From contig NC_043001.1 in the NCBI RefSeq assembly GCF_006345805.1, positions 1,364,001-1,428,000 of the forward strand: DNA of 64,000 nucleotides. Direction: 5' to 3'. The notes beneath the pieces are model-generated. The model was given only the letters and a program-made list of their open reading frames with translations. It was not told the DNA's origin and did no database searches. This stretch comes from Octopus sinensis (taxonomy: Eukaryota). The stretch's first letter is position 1. Each line of letters starts with the position of its first letter. A program made the translations under genes and the position numbers. Positions 26,758 to 39,580 of the stretch are shown in pieces.

Positions 26758-28540
26758 TAGCTTAACTTTAAGACAGCCCTAAAAAAATCCTCTTTTTTCA
26801 GTAACTTTTAAAGAGTTAACTATTTTTCACTTTGCCACTTGCAGACAGTGAAGTTGTCCACAACTTAGTAGCAGACCTCCAGATCTACCACAAAAAACTT
26901 TATATCAAAACTTATATCTATATCTATTTCCAACTTTTAGTTGCAGAAAATTTTGTAACTGTTTAATAAAATCTAAGATAAGTATAAATTTCCTGCCTCA
27001 GTTTCTTTCAATGTGTCTGCAAATGGTTGACTCTACTGCATGCAACCTTTTGCAACCTTCTTCAAAGCCTTTTCTCAGTCAGCTTACTCAAGTTGCCAAA
27101 TGGAACCTTACTCAAAATTCCAATCAATTGCAAATACATTGTTACATTCACTGATCTCTACAGATTACATCTTAATCTAAAAAGAATTATTTCACATTCT
27201 TGAAGATTCTAAATTCTTATGATGGCAACAACATAGAATTTTCGTTGGTAAGAATAAAGTTTCTCAAATGGCTTGAGAAGTTCAAAAGATTGCTTTGATC
27301 CAATGGCAAAACGTCTGTCATGGTTACAAAAGGTGTGGGTTTCATCTCACAGTGAGTCTTTGACATATTTTATTCAAACAGTAACAAACCAATATTTATT
27401 TGTTTCCTTTGCCTCGAGACATACCATTCCTCAAACAGAAATGCGTGTGTGTGTTTTTCTATATACATACACAAATATACACACAAATCCATACACATTC
27501 ACTCACTTATGCGCACTCACTCTGTCTCTGTCTGTTGTCTGTCTCTCTAACACACACCCACACACACACACATTCATATGTCTATATTCCATAATAAATT
27601 TGACTCTCAGTATTGTGCTTCCCCATCAGCAAAAGTTCCGCTATCAAATTTGATTTCAAACAACCTTAATTTAATATTTATATTGAGGTGTGCTTCTCTG
27701 TATACACATATAATATATTATGGCTGTGTGTGTGGATATATGTGTGTGTGTGTAGGTGCATGCACATACACACACACATACAGTAACATCTAATGCTATA
27801 AAGAGAAAATTCTAAACAACCGCTGTCACACAGACAGAAAGATAAAAAGACAGATTGATAGAGAGATGTACACACACACGCTAACACACGTACACATATA
27901 TATGCAATGAAAGCATTGACAGCACCTTTTCCAGATCCAATGTGATATGAAGTCTATTGGAAACATGTAATCAAGTCGGCTAATTATCACAGCTTTCCTC
28001 ATTTCTACTTTGAAGAGAACATGTCAAACTGATATTAAACATTTTCTTACACCTAAGCACACTTTGTAATGAAATTAATAACCAGATTACGATTCGTAGG
28101 CACACACACACACACACACTCAAATAGTGGATCTCCATCAGTTTCTATGAGGAGCATCCAGTTGTTCGATCAACTGGGTTACCTTCTCAATGAAGCAAAC
28201 TGTAAGAGGCTGAGTGTACCACAGTCATACGTGTCCTTAAAGCAATTCAAAATCAAATTCAAGATTACACTCTGAGACAAAGCTGTATCTTTAAATAAAC
28301 ATATGCAATCACGATTATGATGATGATGAATCCCTCTAACTGCTTTATATAGTTTGTGTTGGTGTAGTTTTACTGAGCTGTTAGTAAAAGACACTTGTTT
28401 GAGTTGCCATGCAGTGTGGTCGGTGGTCGGACCTTGGACCTTGTAATTGTGAAGTGAATGTCTCAACCATTAGGCTTTATGTGCAAACCTACATAAAGCA
28501 TAAAACACACACACACAAACATTAGATTATGTATGTATGT

Positions 28541-28741
28541 ATGCCGGTGGCACGTAAAAAGCACCCACTACACTCACGGAGTGGTTGCTGTTAGGAAGGG
28601 CATCCAGCTGTAGAAACACTGCCAGATCAGACTGGAGCCTGGTGCAGCCTCCAGGCTTCCCAGACCCAGGTCGAACCATCCAACGTGTGCTAGCATGGAA
28701 AACGGACGTTAAACAATGATGATGATGAAGATGATGATGAT
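28541..28741 (+). mobile_element. RTE LINE 3' tail
   Basis: gccggtggcacgtaaaaagcaccc...gctagcatggaaaacggacgttaaac(gat)n. Confidence 0.9.
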
Positions 28742-29149
28742 ATATATATATATATATATATATATGAAGATGTATATATGATGATGATGATCACGATGGC
28801 TGTTCACTCATGACCTAGGAAGACTGACCCTGAACATTGCTTATGCCAAAGTTCAGCAATGCCTGTACATAAGGTTACTGTACCTGCAGTTGACTACACC
28901 TAGGATCATGCCTGTGACTTCCATATTCACTGCAACACCCACCTACATCATCAGACAATCACCTCTTGGGCGACTGCACAAACTAAGATCTTAGGCCAAT
29001 AAGGCTTGCACAGTATCTCACAAATCCCTCTCCACCCTACAGACATGATTCAGGGGTAAACCAAGTCAAGATGTCCAGTGCTAATAGCATCATCAGGTTG
29101 ATAATTGTAAAAACAAATAAAACACTTTTATACTCCAACTGTATTGGCT

Positions 29150-29560
29150 TTAAAGCTGCTCTTTGCAGGGTCAGGAGAAAATTATGATGGTGATAGGGGT
29201 AGACTGAAAGATAGTGAGAATTATAGAGGTTTTATACAATAACAATGACTGGGTGGATGTTGCAAGAGGTGAATAAAATGGTTAGCCACAACAATGGCAT
29301 CCAATCTTATGACAGTTCCTTAAACAATAATTAATAAATAGAACATCTGACCCATAGTGGCATGAAAAAGTAGATGTAAATCATTGTTGCTGCTGAAATA
29401 TTGAGTGTACCACGTTATGATGGTGAGATCATTGGTTCCCCTGCGTTGAAGTATGTTTGGGACGAAAACAAGGTTGCCTGCTAAAACCTTACTCTTTCCA
29501 ACATTTTCTTAGCATTTGCCATGAAAATGTTGAATAGACTGGAATAAATGTTTGGCACTC
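29150..29560 (+). mobile_element. Highly decayed LINE reverse transcriptase fragment
   Basis: About 29452-29510 translates VCLGRKQGCLLKP, resembling the GVRQGCLLSP RT motif. Boundaries are approximate. Confidence 0.4.
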
Positions 29561-29975
29561 TTGCCATAAATATTAGACACAGTGATGAAACAATCCAAAT
29601 ATAGATTGATAGATTTCTATTAGGTGATCATTGTAATACACACACACACACACACATGCGCGTGTATGCACATATGTGGTGTGTGTGTTAGGTTGTCTGA
29701 TTATACTTTCACTGCCTGGTTTGGTGGTGAATTTGTTTTGTGGAACTGAGAGGTGATTACATTTTTGCAATCATTTGGCACACAATGTTAACATGAAACT
29801 TTATGTCTATCTTGGGGCATCAAGATCTTACAGTTGTAGTTTTTCCTTTCTTTCTTTCATCATCTTCTCTCCATTGTCAAAATCTTGTCTGTTTAGCTGC
29901 TGCTACTGCTGTTACTCTACAAAATAGTCTTTAACCTAGCTTCACTCCCTACTTACTGACAACAACAACAACAAC

Positions 29976-30020
<45 letters not shown>

Positions 30021-30122
30021 CATTTTATATCAGCCACAATGGGAAAAAGATAGAAAGCAATAAAAAAAATACAAAAACAAGAGCTGCCAGCACTAACTAC
30101 TAATTTTGTGCATAATCTTGTC

Positions 30123-30123
<1 letters not shown>

Positions 30124-30153
<30 letters not shown>

Positions 30154-30207
30154 GTTGTTGTTATTGTTGTTGTTGTTATTATAATTATTATTATTATTAT
30201 TATTATT
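30124..30207. repeat. (TTA)/(TTG)n microsatellite
   Basis: Direct reading. Confidence 0.95.
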
Positions 30208-30576
30208 TACATGTTCATGGAGCTGTTCTTTGACAAAGATGCAAAGAAGATTTAAGGAGAGTTTTGTCGTTGAATGTAGAAATCCCATCTGAGAGAAAGA
30301 AGAATCTTTCATATAAAATTTATGAAATATCTTCAGGGTTGGTGAAATGTCTCTGTAGTAAATCTAGGCAGTATATTTCATGAATAGCATGTCCAGGCAT
30401 GTACAGAAAAGATAAATAACTTGCTTTCAGAGTAAAATGACATGTAGCAATGGCAGATGGGATAGTATTTTAAAGAATGGTCTTTCAAGGTGTTATGACT
30501 GGAAGAAATACATAAAACGGTTTGAAATATGTTGTAATGTCATGGGGAAGTAGTCTTCTGTCTATACATCTTTGGC

Positions 30577-30919
30577 ACAAACAATACACAATATCATGAA
30601 GAATATGAAATGATGAAAGGTGTGGTGTATATCGTGTGTGTGTTGTATATATATACACACACGCTCTGTATTCCATACATAATATTATAAAGCTGGTTCC
30701 TCTTGTTATAGAGAAATATTTCTAACCTATTCTATGAAAACTATGCCAGGCTGACAAACAATACACAATATCATGAAGAATATGAAATGATGAAATGTGT
30801 GTGTATACGTGTGTGTGTGTATATATATACACACACGCGTCTGTATTCCATATAATGATATAAAGCGTGTATAGAGAAATATATTCTCTAACTATTCATA
30901 TGACAACTATGCCAGGCTG
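30577..30919. repeat. Tandem duplication (177 + 166 bp)
   Basis: acaaacaatacacaatatcatgaag...ctatgccaggctg occurs at 30577-30753 and 30754-30919. Confidence 0.92.
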
Positions 30920-31517
30920 TATAATATACGTAATTCTAGAGTTTATAAAATATATTCAAAACAGTCCATCAACATAACTGGAATCATGAGAAAATATATG
31001 TGGAAACTCACACTCTTTCACGTGTCCAAATGTATATACACACATTAGGGAGTTCTAAATATTGTCACATTCCATTCTGTCTCTTTCACTCAATTTGTGT
31101 GTGTGTGTGTGTTTATATAAATATGACCAATCATAAGGTAAACCTCAGGCTGCAAATCAAAACAGCCCATTGCAATTATCAAATATATGCAATGGATTAC
31201 AAAGTGCACCGAATCTTGAAATGATGTACACACAAAATGCTTAACACCCAGAGACATGCAAAAGAGATATAAATAGAGAACAATCGAGAGAAGCGAAACA
31301 AGGTCTGTCTGAAAGTATTAAGAGTCTATAAATATAAAATCACCATAAAAGAATTGCTGTGTGGTTTTGGTGCTTGTTTCCTAACCACATGGTTTTGGTT
31401 TCAGTCCCAAGTGTTGAAAAGTAAAGGTCTTCTATTAGAGCATCAGATCATACAAAGCTTTGTGAGTCACTTTGGTTAACAGAAAATGAAAGAAGTGCAT
31501 CACATACATACATACAT

Positions 31518-31908
31518 ACATCATCATCGTTTAACGTCCATTTTCCATGCTAGCATGGGTTGGACGGTTCGACCAGGGTCTGGGAAGCCAGGAGGCTCCA
31601 GTCTGATCTGGCAGTGTTTCTACAGCTGGATGCCCTTCCTAACGCCAACCACTCCGTGAGTGTAGTGGGTGCTTTTTCCGTGCCACCGGCACAGGTGCCA
31701 GGGGAGACTGCCAACGGCCAAGATTGGTTGGTGATTTTTACATGCCACCAGCATGGAAGCCAGTCAAGGTGGCGCTGGCATTGGCCATGTCCGGGTGGTG
31801 CTTTTTACGTGCCACCGGCACAGGTATCACAACAACAATTTCCATTGGACTTTTTTGATATTGATGTACTTGACTCAATAGGTCTCCTCAAGCACAGCAG
31901 GTCGCCCT
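31518..31908 (-). mobile_element. RTE LINE 3' tail
   Basis: Conserved tail with 3 hairpin units. Confidence 0.9.
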
Positions 31909-31931
31909 ACATACATACAAACATACATCAT

Positions 31932-32285
31932 AGGCGCAATGGCCCAGTGGTTAGGGTAATGGACTCATGATCGTAGGATTGTGGTTTTGATTCCCAAACT
32001 GGGCATTGTGTTTATTGAGTGAAAACACCTAAAAGCCCCATGAGGCTCTGGCAGGGAGGTGGGGGTGATGAATCCTGGTGTACTCTTTCACCATAGCTTT
32101 CTCTCACTCTTTCTTCCTGTTTCTGTTGTACCTGTATTTTCAAAGGGGCCAGCCTTATCACACTCTGTGTCACACTGAATCTCCCTGGGAACTACGTTAA
32201 GGGCACACATGTCTGTGGAGTGCTCAGCCACTTGCACATTAATTTCACGAGCAGGCTGTTCCATTGATCGGATCAACTGGAACCC
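31932..32285 (+). mobile_element. tRNA-derived SINE
   Basis: A-box tggcccagtgg and B-box-like ggttttgattccc; the 3' part recurs at ~36740-36860 and ~58480-58610. Confidence 0.8.
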
Positions 32286-32950
32286 AATGGATGTTGTAAC
32301 AAGGGATGCTGTAACAATGAATATGGTCCTTAAAAGATAAAGGTATCAGTTACAACATCCATTGGAAGAGCTTAGCCAAGTGCAAGCCCTACACCAATAG
32401 AAAGTGCGGTCTTTGTGATATGGAAAGATGGCTTAGACTCCACCACATGTCTAAATTCAAGAACTGAACTTTTCGGATCATGTCCATATGTGGTTAAATA
32501 TTTGTTACATTTTTGGTTCCCCCAAGATTAGATAGGACTTGCTTTTTTTATAGAGTCCACGTACAAGCGTTTTATCTCTCTATACTCTTTATTTATATTT
32601 CTTATATATTTTTTACATATTTTTAGAGATATTGTTTTGTAGGTTTATTGCTCATATATTTTCTACACATATTTTTTCTGTATTTTACCCTCCACCCTGC
32701 ATTTTTCCTGCACGTATATAGCCATGTATTGGTTTTTTTTGTGTGCACATGTGGATGTGTGCGTGTGTTTGGGTGTGTGCATATACAGACGTGTGTGTGT
32801 GTGTGTGCATGCGAGTGTGTGTGTATATAGATGTGTATATGAACCTCTTTTGAGTGCGCGTGTGTGTGTGTGTGTGTGTGCATGCATAAATTATTTTTTG
32901 GCAAATGTGGGGGTGCACATGTGTGTCTTTCAAGCAAGTGTGGATGAGCA

Positions 32951-33160
32951 TATGCACAGATACATGTGTGTGTGTGTGCATACATGCATGTATATGCACA
33001 GATACATGTATGTGTGTGTGCATACAGGCATGTATATGCACAGATACATGTATGTGTGTGTGCATACAGGCATGTATATGCACAGATACATGTATGCGTG
33101 TGTGCATACAGGCATGTATATGCACAGATACATGTATGTGTGTGTGCATACACGCATGTA
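32951..33160. repeat. 42-bp minisatellite x5
   Basis: Unit tatgcacagatacatgtatgtgtgtgtgcatacaggcatgta starts at 32951, 32993, 33035, 33077 and 33119. Confidence 0.95.
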
Positions 33161-34149
33161 TATGTATGGACATGTGCTCATGCACGTTTGCCATGAGCAT
33201 ATTTACACCTTTATTTTGTTATTTTTTATTCTTTATTTTTGTTGTTTTTAATTAGCCAACTCCTAGTAAGCTCTTACTGAAATTTCTTTTTACATATTGT
33301 TGTTGTTGTTGCTCTTGTTGTTGTTGGTGGTGGTGGTGGTGATCAGCAGTTATCTAATGAGCCCGTAATTGAAGGCATAGCGTTTATGACAGCTTTTGGG
33401 AATTGTATATTTAGGCCCACCTATTCAAAATGTGTCACCCTTGTTTTACGATGACAGGGTATGATTTGAGGATAATTTTATCAGGCTACTATTTCCAGCA
33501 GATGAATGGATCATACAGAGGCTTCTGTGATTGACTTGTCGTTATATTGTTCTGAATAGTCATAGAACTACTTCTAGGAATTCTTGAGATCAGATCTGAA
33601 ATCTGAAATTAAATTTGCAGATGAAATTGCTGATGTAATTAAATGATTTTCCTAAAAATCAATAATTGAAATTTATAACACTTCTTATATCTAATTTCCT
33701 CTTTATTAATATATAACCAAAGACTACTGCTATGTCAACAGAAACTTGCACTACTGCCACTACTACTACTGCTGCTGCTGCTTAAAAACCACTCCAATGA
33801 CAACAACCATCATTATCTATGATATATATTTCTTACATTGGAATACGGCTCCAAATTGCATTGACCCCAGTATATGACTGGCACTTAATCTTATTGACCC
33901 CTCATTAGAAATGTCAGCTTTGATGTGGATCTATATCAGAACAGGAAATGACACAACTAAATTCTGCAAAGTTTTTCGTTGCCATTCTCACTGTTTGGTC
34001 TTGATTGCCAATAATCTCAACAGCAACTGCCTCTGCTGTAAGTAAAACACCTTAACTTGTCCCCCATTCACACATTAGCCCCTCAATACCTGGCATATAC
34101 AGTCCCCTCTCTATCTGCAACAACAGCTCCACTCAGTCGAGGGCTCGTC

Positions 34150-34370
34150 TTTGTCTTGTGAGTTGTTTGGTAACCTCACTAGTGCTGGTGCTATGTAAAA
34201 AGTATTCAGTATGCTCTGTAAAGTGGTTGGCATTAGGAAGGGCATCCAGCCATAGAAACCATGCCAAAGGCAACACAGAAGCACGAGGCAGTCCTCCACA
34301 TTGTTAGACTCCATCAGACTATCCAACAGATGCTGGCATGGAAGATGGATGCTAAATGACGATGATGACA
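34150..34370 (+). mobile_element. Old RTE LINE 3' tail
   Basis: gtggttggcattaggaagggcatccagccatagaaac...gacgatgatgac. Confidence 0.75.
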
Positions 34371-34878
34371 ACAGCTACAGCTTTTTCACCATTGAGGTAA
34401 GATCAGGTGAAGGGATGAGGTCAGGTCTTAAAAAGTCAGGAAAATCTATTAAATATATGAGAAAGTGGATAAATGAAATGAGATATAAATATTCTGGACC
34501 AAACATTTTCATGATTTTTGGTTAAAAATGAAACAATATGAAAAGTGAAGCAGTGCAAAAGTTTGGTTTCAAATAAGAGCTATTCTAGTTCTTGATGCTT
34601 TACATCAAAATTAACAATGCACTTTGTTGCCATCATTTCGTTTCTTTTTAGAATAATAACCAAAAATATTTTCTTCAAGTTTCCCAGATCTATATTACTT
34701 TTTATTTATTTACTTATCTTTTGTTACACTTTCTTATTGAAGTTGACCTCTTTTCTTTCATTTTTGTCAAAAAGAAATCTTCCATTAGGATTCCGGATGA
34801 GGAAATAAAGAAAGGTGAAACTTGCAGTCTTTTAATTGTCAGTTTATACTTTAGAGAGATTCCATTATTCCATTATTC

Positions 34879-34912
<34 letters not shown>

Positions 34913-35395
34913 GGTTTCTTTATTTAAAACAACAACAAAACAAGAGAAACAGAACAACAGAAATGATTAATTGTAAGAAGAGATGATAATTGTTGAGAAG
35001 AAAGATTCCTTTTCATTGCTGCCTTTTTTTTTATATTCTTGTTTTTTCTCATTTTTTTTTTGTTTTGGTGTGGATGGCATCGTTGGAAAGGGGTATGGGT
35101 GGGTGATATTGCATCATTTTTGTTTTTTTTAGTTCTTTTTATGTTTTTCATTCTTCCCATAGAAAATAGCTTGTAAAAAATGTTTGAAATAATGAACAAA
35201 ATAGTGAAGAAACTGAAATAACAGCAGCAAAAAGGAATCGCATTGTTGTAGTTTATATTCATGTTACGGGAGAACTTCTATACTTTTTATATTGCCTTTT
35301 CCAGTCTCTCTTACTTTTACACACACACCACCTCTCCCTCCACACACTGACACATGCACATACACAAAATTCATAAATACACATGTATGTGTGTG

Positions 35396-35438
<43 letters not shown>

Positions 35439-35799
35439 TATAGAAAGAGAGAGAGAGAGAAAGAGATATTAATTTAATTAAAGGATATGTTAACCTCGTG
35501 AAGGGATGGTTACATCCAAGGAAATACTGGTTCAATACCTAGTGTTGTTAGGGAATGAAATTCCCTTAAAACAATAGGTATATATTAAGCATATAGTTTA
35601 TATCCAGTTAAAAGAAGAGAAGAAAATGGAGATAAGGAAGTTAACAATTATTTATTATTAAGAAATTGGTCATCTTTGCTTCTTACAGCCGTTTCAATTA
35701 ATACCAAATAATTTAATTACAAATTTGTACATTTTGGCACAATACAGAAGAGTAGATAGAACAACAGATTTGTAGACTGCTACTTTTAATTTCAGAGAC

Positions 35800-35928
35800 A
35801 CATCGTGGCTGTTCTAGAGTCTGTGTCGCAACCTACCAAATGCTTCACTTGCCTTATTGATTCTGTTTTGGATATCTTTTTCAAATTTTGCATCATCAGA
35901 CACAATAGAGCCGAGGTATGTAAAAGAA
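35800..35928 (-). mobile_element. Fragment of a second RTE-type LINE family
   Basis: Minus frame FTYLGSIVSDDAKFEKDIQNRINKASEAFGRLRHRL*, typical of the RTE/BovB post-RT region. Confidence 0.75.
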
Positions 35929-35929
35929 G

Positions 35930-36665
35930 ATCATCATCATCATTTAGCCTCCGCTTTCCATGCTAGCATGGGTTGGACGGTTCAACTGGGGTCTGGGAAG
36001 CAAGAAGGCTGCACCAGGCCCAGTCTGATCTGGCAATGTTTCTACGGCTGGATGCCCTTCCTAACGCCAACCACTCCATGAGTGTAGTGGGTACTTTTTT
36101 ACGTGCCACCGGCACAGGTGCCTGACGGGGCTGTCAAATGGCCACGGTCGGATGGTGCTTTTTACGTGCCACTGGCACGGGGGCCAGGTGAGGCTGGCAA
36201 CAGCCACAATCGGACAGTATTTTTTTACGTGCCACCGGCACGGGGGCCGGGTGGAGCTGGCAACAGCACGATTGGATGGTGCTTTTTACATGCCTCCGGC
36301 ATGGAGGCCCGTCAGGGCGGCACTGGCAATGGCTACATTTGGATGGTTTGCTTACATGCCACCGGCACTGGTATCACAGCTACAATTTCCATTGATGCTG
36401 ATCGATTTCGATTTTGATTCTGATTCCCACTTGCCTCAACAGGTCTTCACAAGTAGAGTTTTGTGTCCCAAGAAGGAAAGGTATGCATAAGTAGACTGGC
36501 TACATCCCAGGTAGAGGCCATGGGTTATGGTCTCACTTGTCCTGCCGGGTCTTCTCATGCACAGCATACTTCCATAGGTCTCGGTCTCTAGTCATTTCCT
36601 CAGTGAGACCTAAAGTTCGAAGGTCGTGCTTCACCACCTCGTCCCAGGTTTTCCTGTGTCTACCT
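35930..36665 (-). mobile_element. RTE LINE 3' end (ORF end plus full 3' UTR)
   Basis: Reverse complement of ~37625-38293; 5 hairpin units. Confidence 0.93.
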
Positions 36666-36875
36666 CTCTCTCTCTCTATATATATATAGATACATACATG
36701 TATCTATATATGCTGGAGCCTTGTGACACACTGAGAAGTTAATGAAGGAGCATGCATGTCTGTGAATTGCTCAGCCCCCTTGCACGTTAATCTCACAAAA
36801 GCTGTTCCATTGAGATTGGAACAGCTGCAACCCTTGTCATCATCAGTGACTGAGTGCCAGTATATATATATATAT

Positions 36876-37060
36876 AGGCTTAGGAGTGGCTGTGTGGCAA
36901 TTAGCTTGCTTACGAACCAAATGGTTCGGGTTCAGTCCCACTGCATGGCACCTTAGACAAGTGTCTTCTTCTATAGCCTCAGGATGACCAAAGCCTTGTG
37001 AGTGGATTTGGTAGACGGAAACTGAAAGAAGCCCATCGTATATATGTATATATATATATA
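36876..37060 (+). mobile_element. SINE 5' half, interrupted by RTE insertion
   Basis: tggctgtgtgg A-box-like, gggttcagtccc B-box-like, then gtgagtggatttggtagacggaaactgaaagaagccc followed by (TA)n. Confidence 0.85.
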
Positions 37061-37063
37061 TAT

Positions 37064-38290
37064 AGGCTAACTAGGAAGATGGTTTTTGTATGTGGCAGAT
37101 GCTCAGGAACAATAAACACTGAAAATGCTCTGAGACCAACTTCCGTCACTTTCCAGGGAGAAAAACTAGAAATAGTTGATAGTTTTCGTTACCTAGGTGA
37201 CCAAGTCAGCAGCGGGGGCGGGTGTGCTGAAAGTGTAACTGCTAGAGTAAGAATAGCTTGGACAAAGTTCAGAGAGCTCTTACCTCTGCTGGTGACAAAA
37301 GGCCTCACACACAGAGTAAAAGGCAGACTGTATGATGCATGTGTACGAACAGCCATGCCACATGGCAGTGAAACATGGGCCGTGACAGCTGAGGATATGC
37401 GTAAGCTTGCAAGAAATGAAGCCAGTATGCTCCGATGGATGTGTAATGTCAGTACTCATACTCGGCAGAGTGTAAGTACCTTGAGAGAAAAGCTGGACCT
37501 AAGAAGCATCAGTTGTGGTGTGCAAGAGAGACGTTTGCGCTGGTATGGTCATGTGACGAGAATGGATGAAGATAGTTGTGTGAAAAAGTGCCACACCCTA
37601 GCGGTTGAGGGAACCTGCGGAAGAGGCAGACCCAGGTAAACCTGGGACGAGGTGGTGAAGTACGACCTTCGAACTTTATGTCTCACTGAGGAAATGACTA
37701 GAGACCGAGACCTCTGGAAGTGTGCTGTGCGCGAGAAGACCCAGCAGGACAAGTGAGTCCATAACCCGTGGCCTTCTACATGGGATGGAGCAGCCTACAT
37801 ATGCATACCTTCCCTTCTTGGGACACAAAACTCTACTTGTGAAGACTTGTTGAGGCAAGTGAGAATCAGAATCGAAATCGATCAATGGAAATTGCAGATA
37901 GGTTACCAGTGCTGGTGGCATGTAAGAGAACCATCCATTCATGACCGTTGCCAGCGCCGCTCCGACTGGCCTCATGCCGGTGGCACGTAAAAAGCACCAT
38001 CCGTTCGTGTCCATTGCCAGCCTTGACTGGCCCCTGTGCTTGTGGCACATAAAAAGCACCATCCGTTCGTGGGCGTTTGCCAGCTCTGTCTGGGACCTGT
38101 GCGAGTGGCACGTAAAAAAGCACCCACTACACTCATGGAGTGGTTGGCGTTAGGAAGGGCATCCAGCCGTAGAAACACTGCCAGATCTGACTGGGCCTGA
38201 TGAAGCCTTCTGGCTTCACAGACCCCAGTTGAACCGTCCAACCCATGCTAGCAAGGAAAACGGATGCTAAACGATGATGATGAATGATGA

Positions 38291-38293
<3 letters not shown>
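37064..38293 (+). mobile_element. 5'-truncated RTE LINE with 3' UTR
   Basis: FVCGRC...FRYLGDQVSSGGG...ERRLRWYGHV...GRGRPR*; the ORF ends ~37756, followed by the UTR array and (gat)n tail. Confidence 0.95.
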
Positions 38294-38321
<28 letters not shown>

Positions 38322-38342
<21 letters not shown>

Positions 38343-38572
38343 ACATGTGTGTGTATATGTTTGTGTGTCTGTGTTTGTCCCCCCAACATCGCTTGACAAC
38401 CGATGCTGGTGTGTTTACGTCCCCGTAACCTAGCGGTTTGGCAAAAAGAGACCTATAGAATAAGTACTAGGCTTACAAAAAATAAGTCCTGGGGTCAATT
38501 TGCTCAACTAAAGGTGGTGCTCCAGCATGGCCACAGTCACATGACTGAAACAAGTAAAAGAGTAAAAAGAGT
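38322..38572 (+). mobile_element. SINE 3' half
   Basis: gtttgtccccccaacatcgcttgacaacc...gactgaaacaagtaaaagag; contiguous with the 5' half in the copy at 15340-15767. Confidence 0.85.
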
Positions 38573-38844
38573 ATATAAATATATATATATAAATATACAC
38601 ATATATATACATACATAAAAACACATATATATACACATATATATACACATATATATACATACATATAAACACATATATATACACATATATATACACATAT
38701 ATATACATGTTATATTTTGGAATAGTCTTTTTGTTTTTGTCTCTGTCAAATAAATAAGTAAGTAAATAAAAAAAATGACCATCCCAAAATAAAACAAAAC
38801 CTGGTTGTTGCAGAACAAATTCATAAACATATATATATACCTTA

Positions 38845-39226
38845 ATTCTTTTACTTGCTTCAGTCATTTTGACTGTGTCCATGCTGGAGCACTGCCTTAA
38901 AATGTTTTGTGTTTTAGTCAGACAAATCAACCCCAGGACTTATTTCTTAAACCTGGTACTTATTCTATCAGTCTCTTTTGCTGAACCACTAAGTTACAGG
39001 GCCATCAACACACCAGCACCAGTTGTCAAACACAGACAAACCCAGGCACAAAGACACACACATAGATTTATACATGCATATGACAAACTTCTTTCAGTTT
39101 CTGTCTCCCAACCTACCCACAAAGCTTTGTTTGGCCCAGGGCTATAGTAGAAAACACTTGCCCAAGGTGCCACACAGTGGGACTGAACCCAGAACCATGT
39201 GGCTGGGAAGTGTTACCGCAGCCACA
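38845..39226 (-). mobile_element. tRNA-derived SINE
   Basis: Same family as 15340-15767. Confidence 0.85.
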
Positions 39227-39229
39227 ACT

Positions 39230-39580
<351 letters not shown>

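Noticed and set aside
31932-32005. tRNA gene
   Set aside because: A/B boxes are present, but the sequence continues into a SINE body and no intact cloverleaf was seen.
32623-33255. Overlapping His/Cys-rich repeat ORFs in several frames
   Set aside because: They are a by-product of the 42-bp minisatellite and (TG)n tracts.
36100-36370. CRISPR-like array of ~25-bp palindromic repeats with ~38-bp spacers
   Set aside because: The spacers are homologous to each other, the array lies in an RTE 3' UTR in eukaryotic DNA, and no cas genes are present.
38195-38245. CTGATGA in the RTE tail as a hammerhead core
   Set aside because: Other copies read ctggtgca here, and there is no GAAA/UH arrangement.
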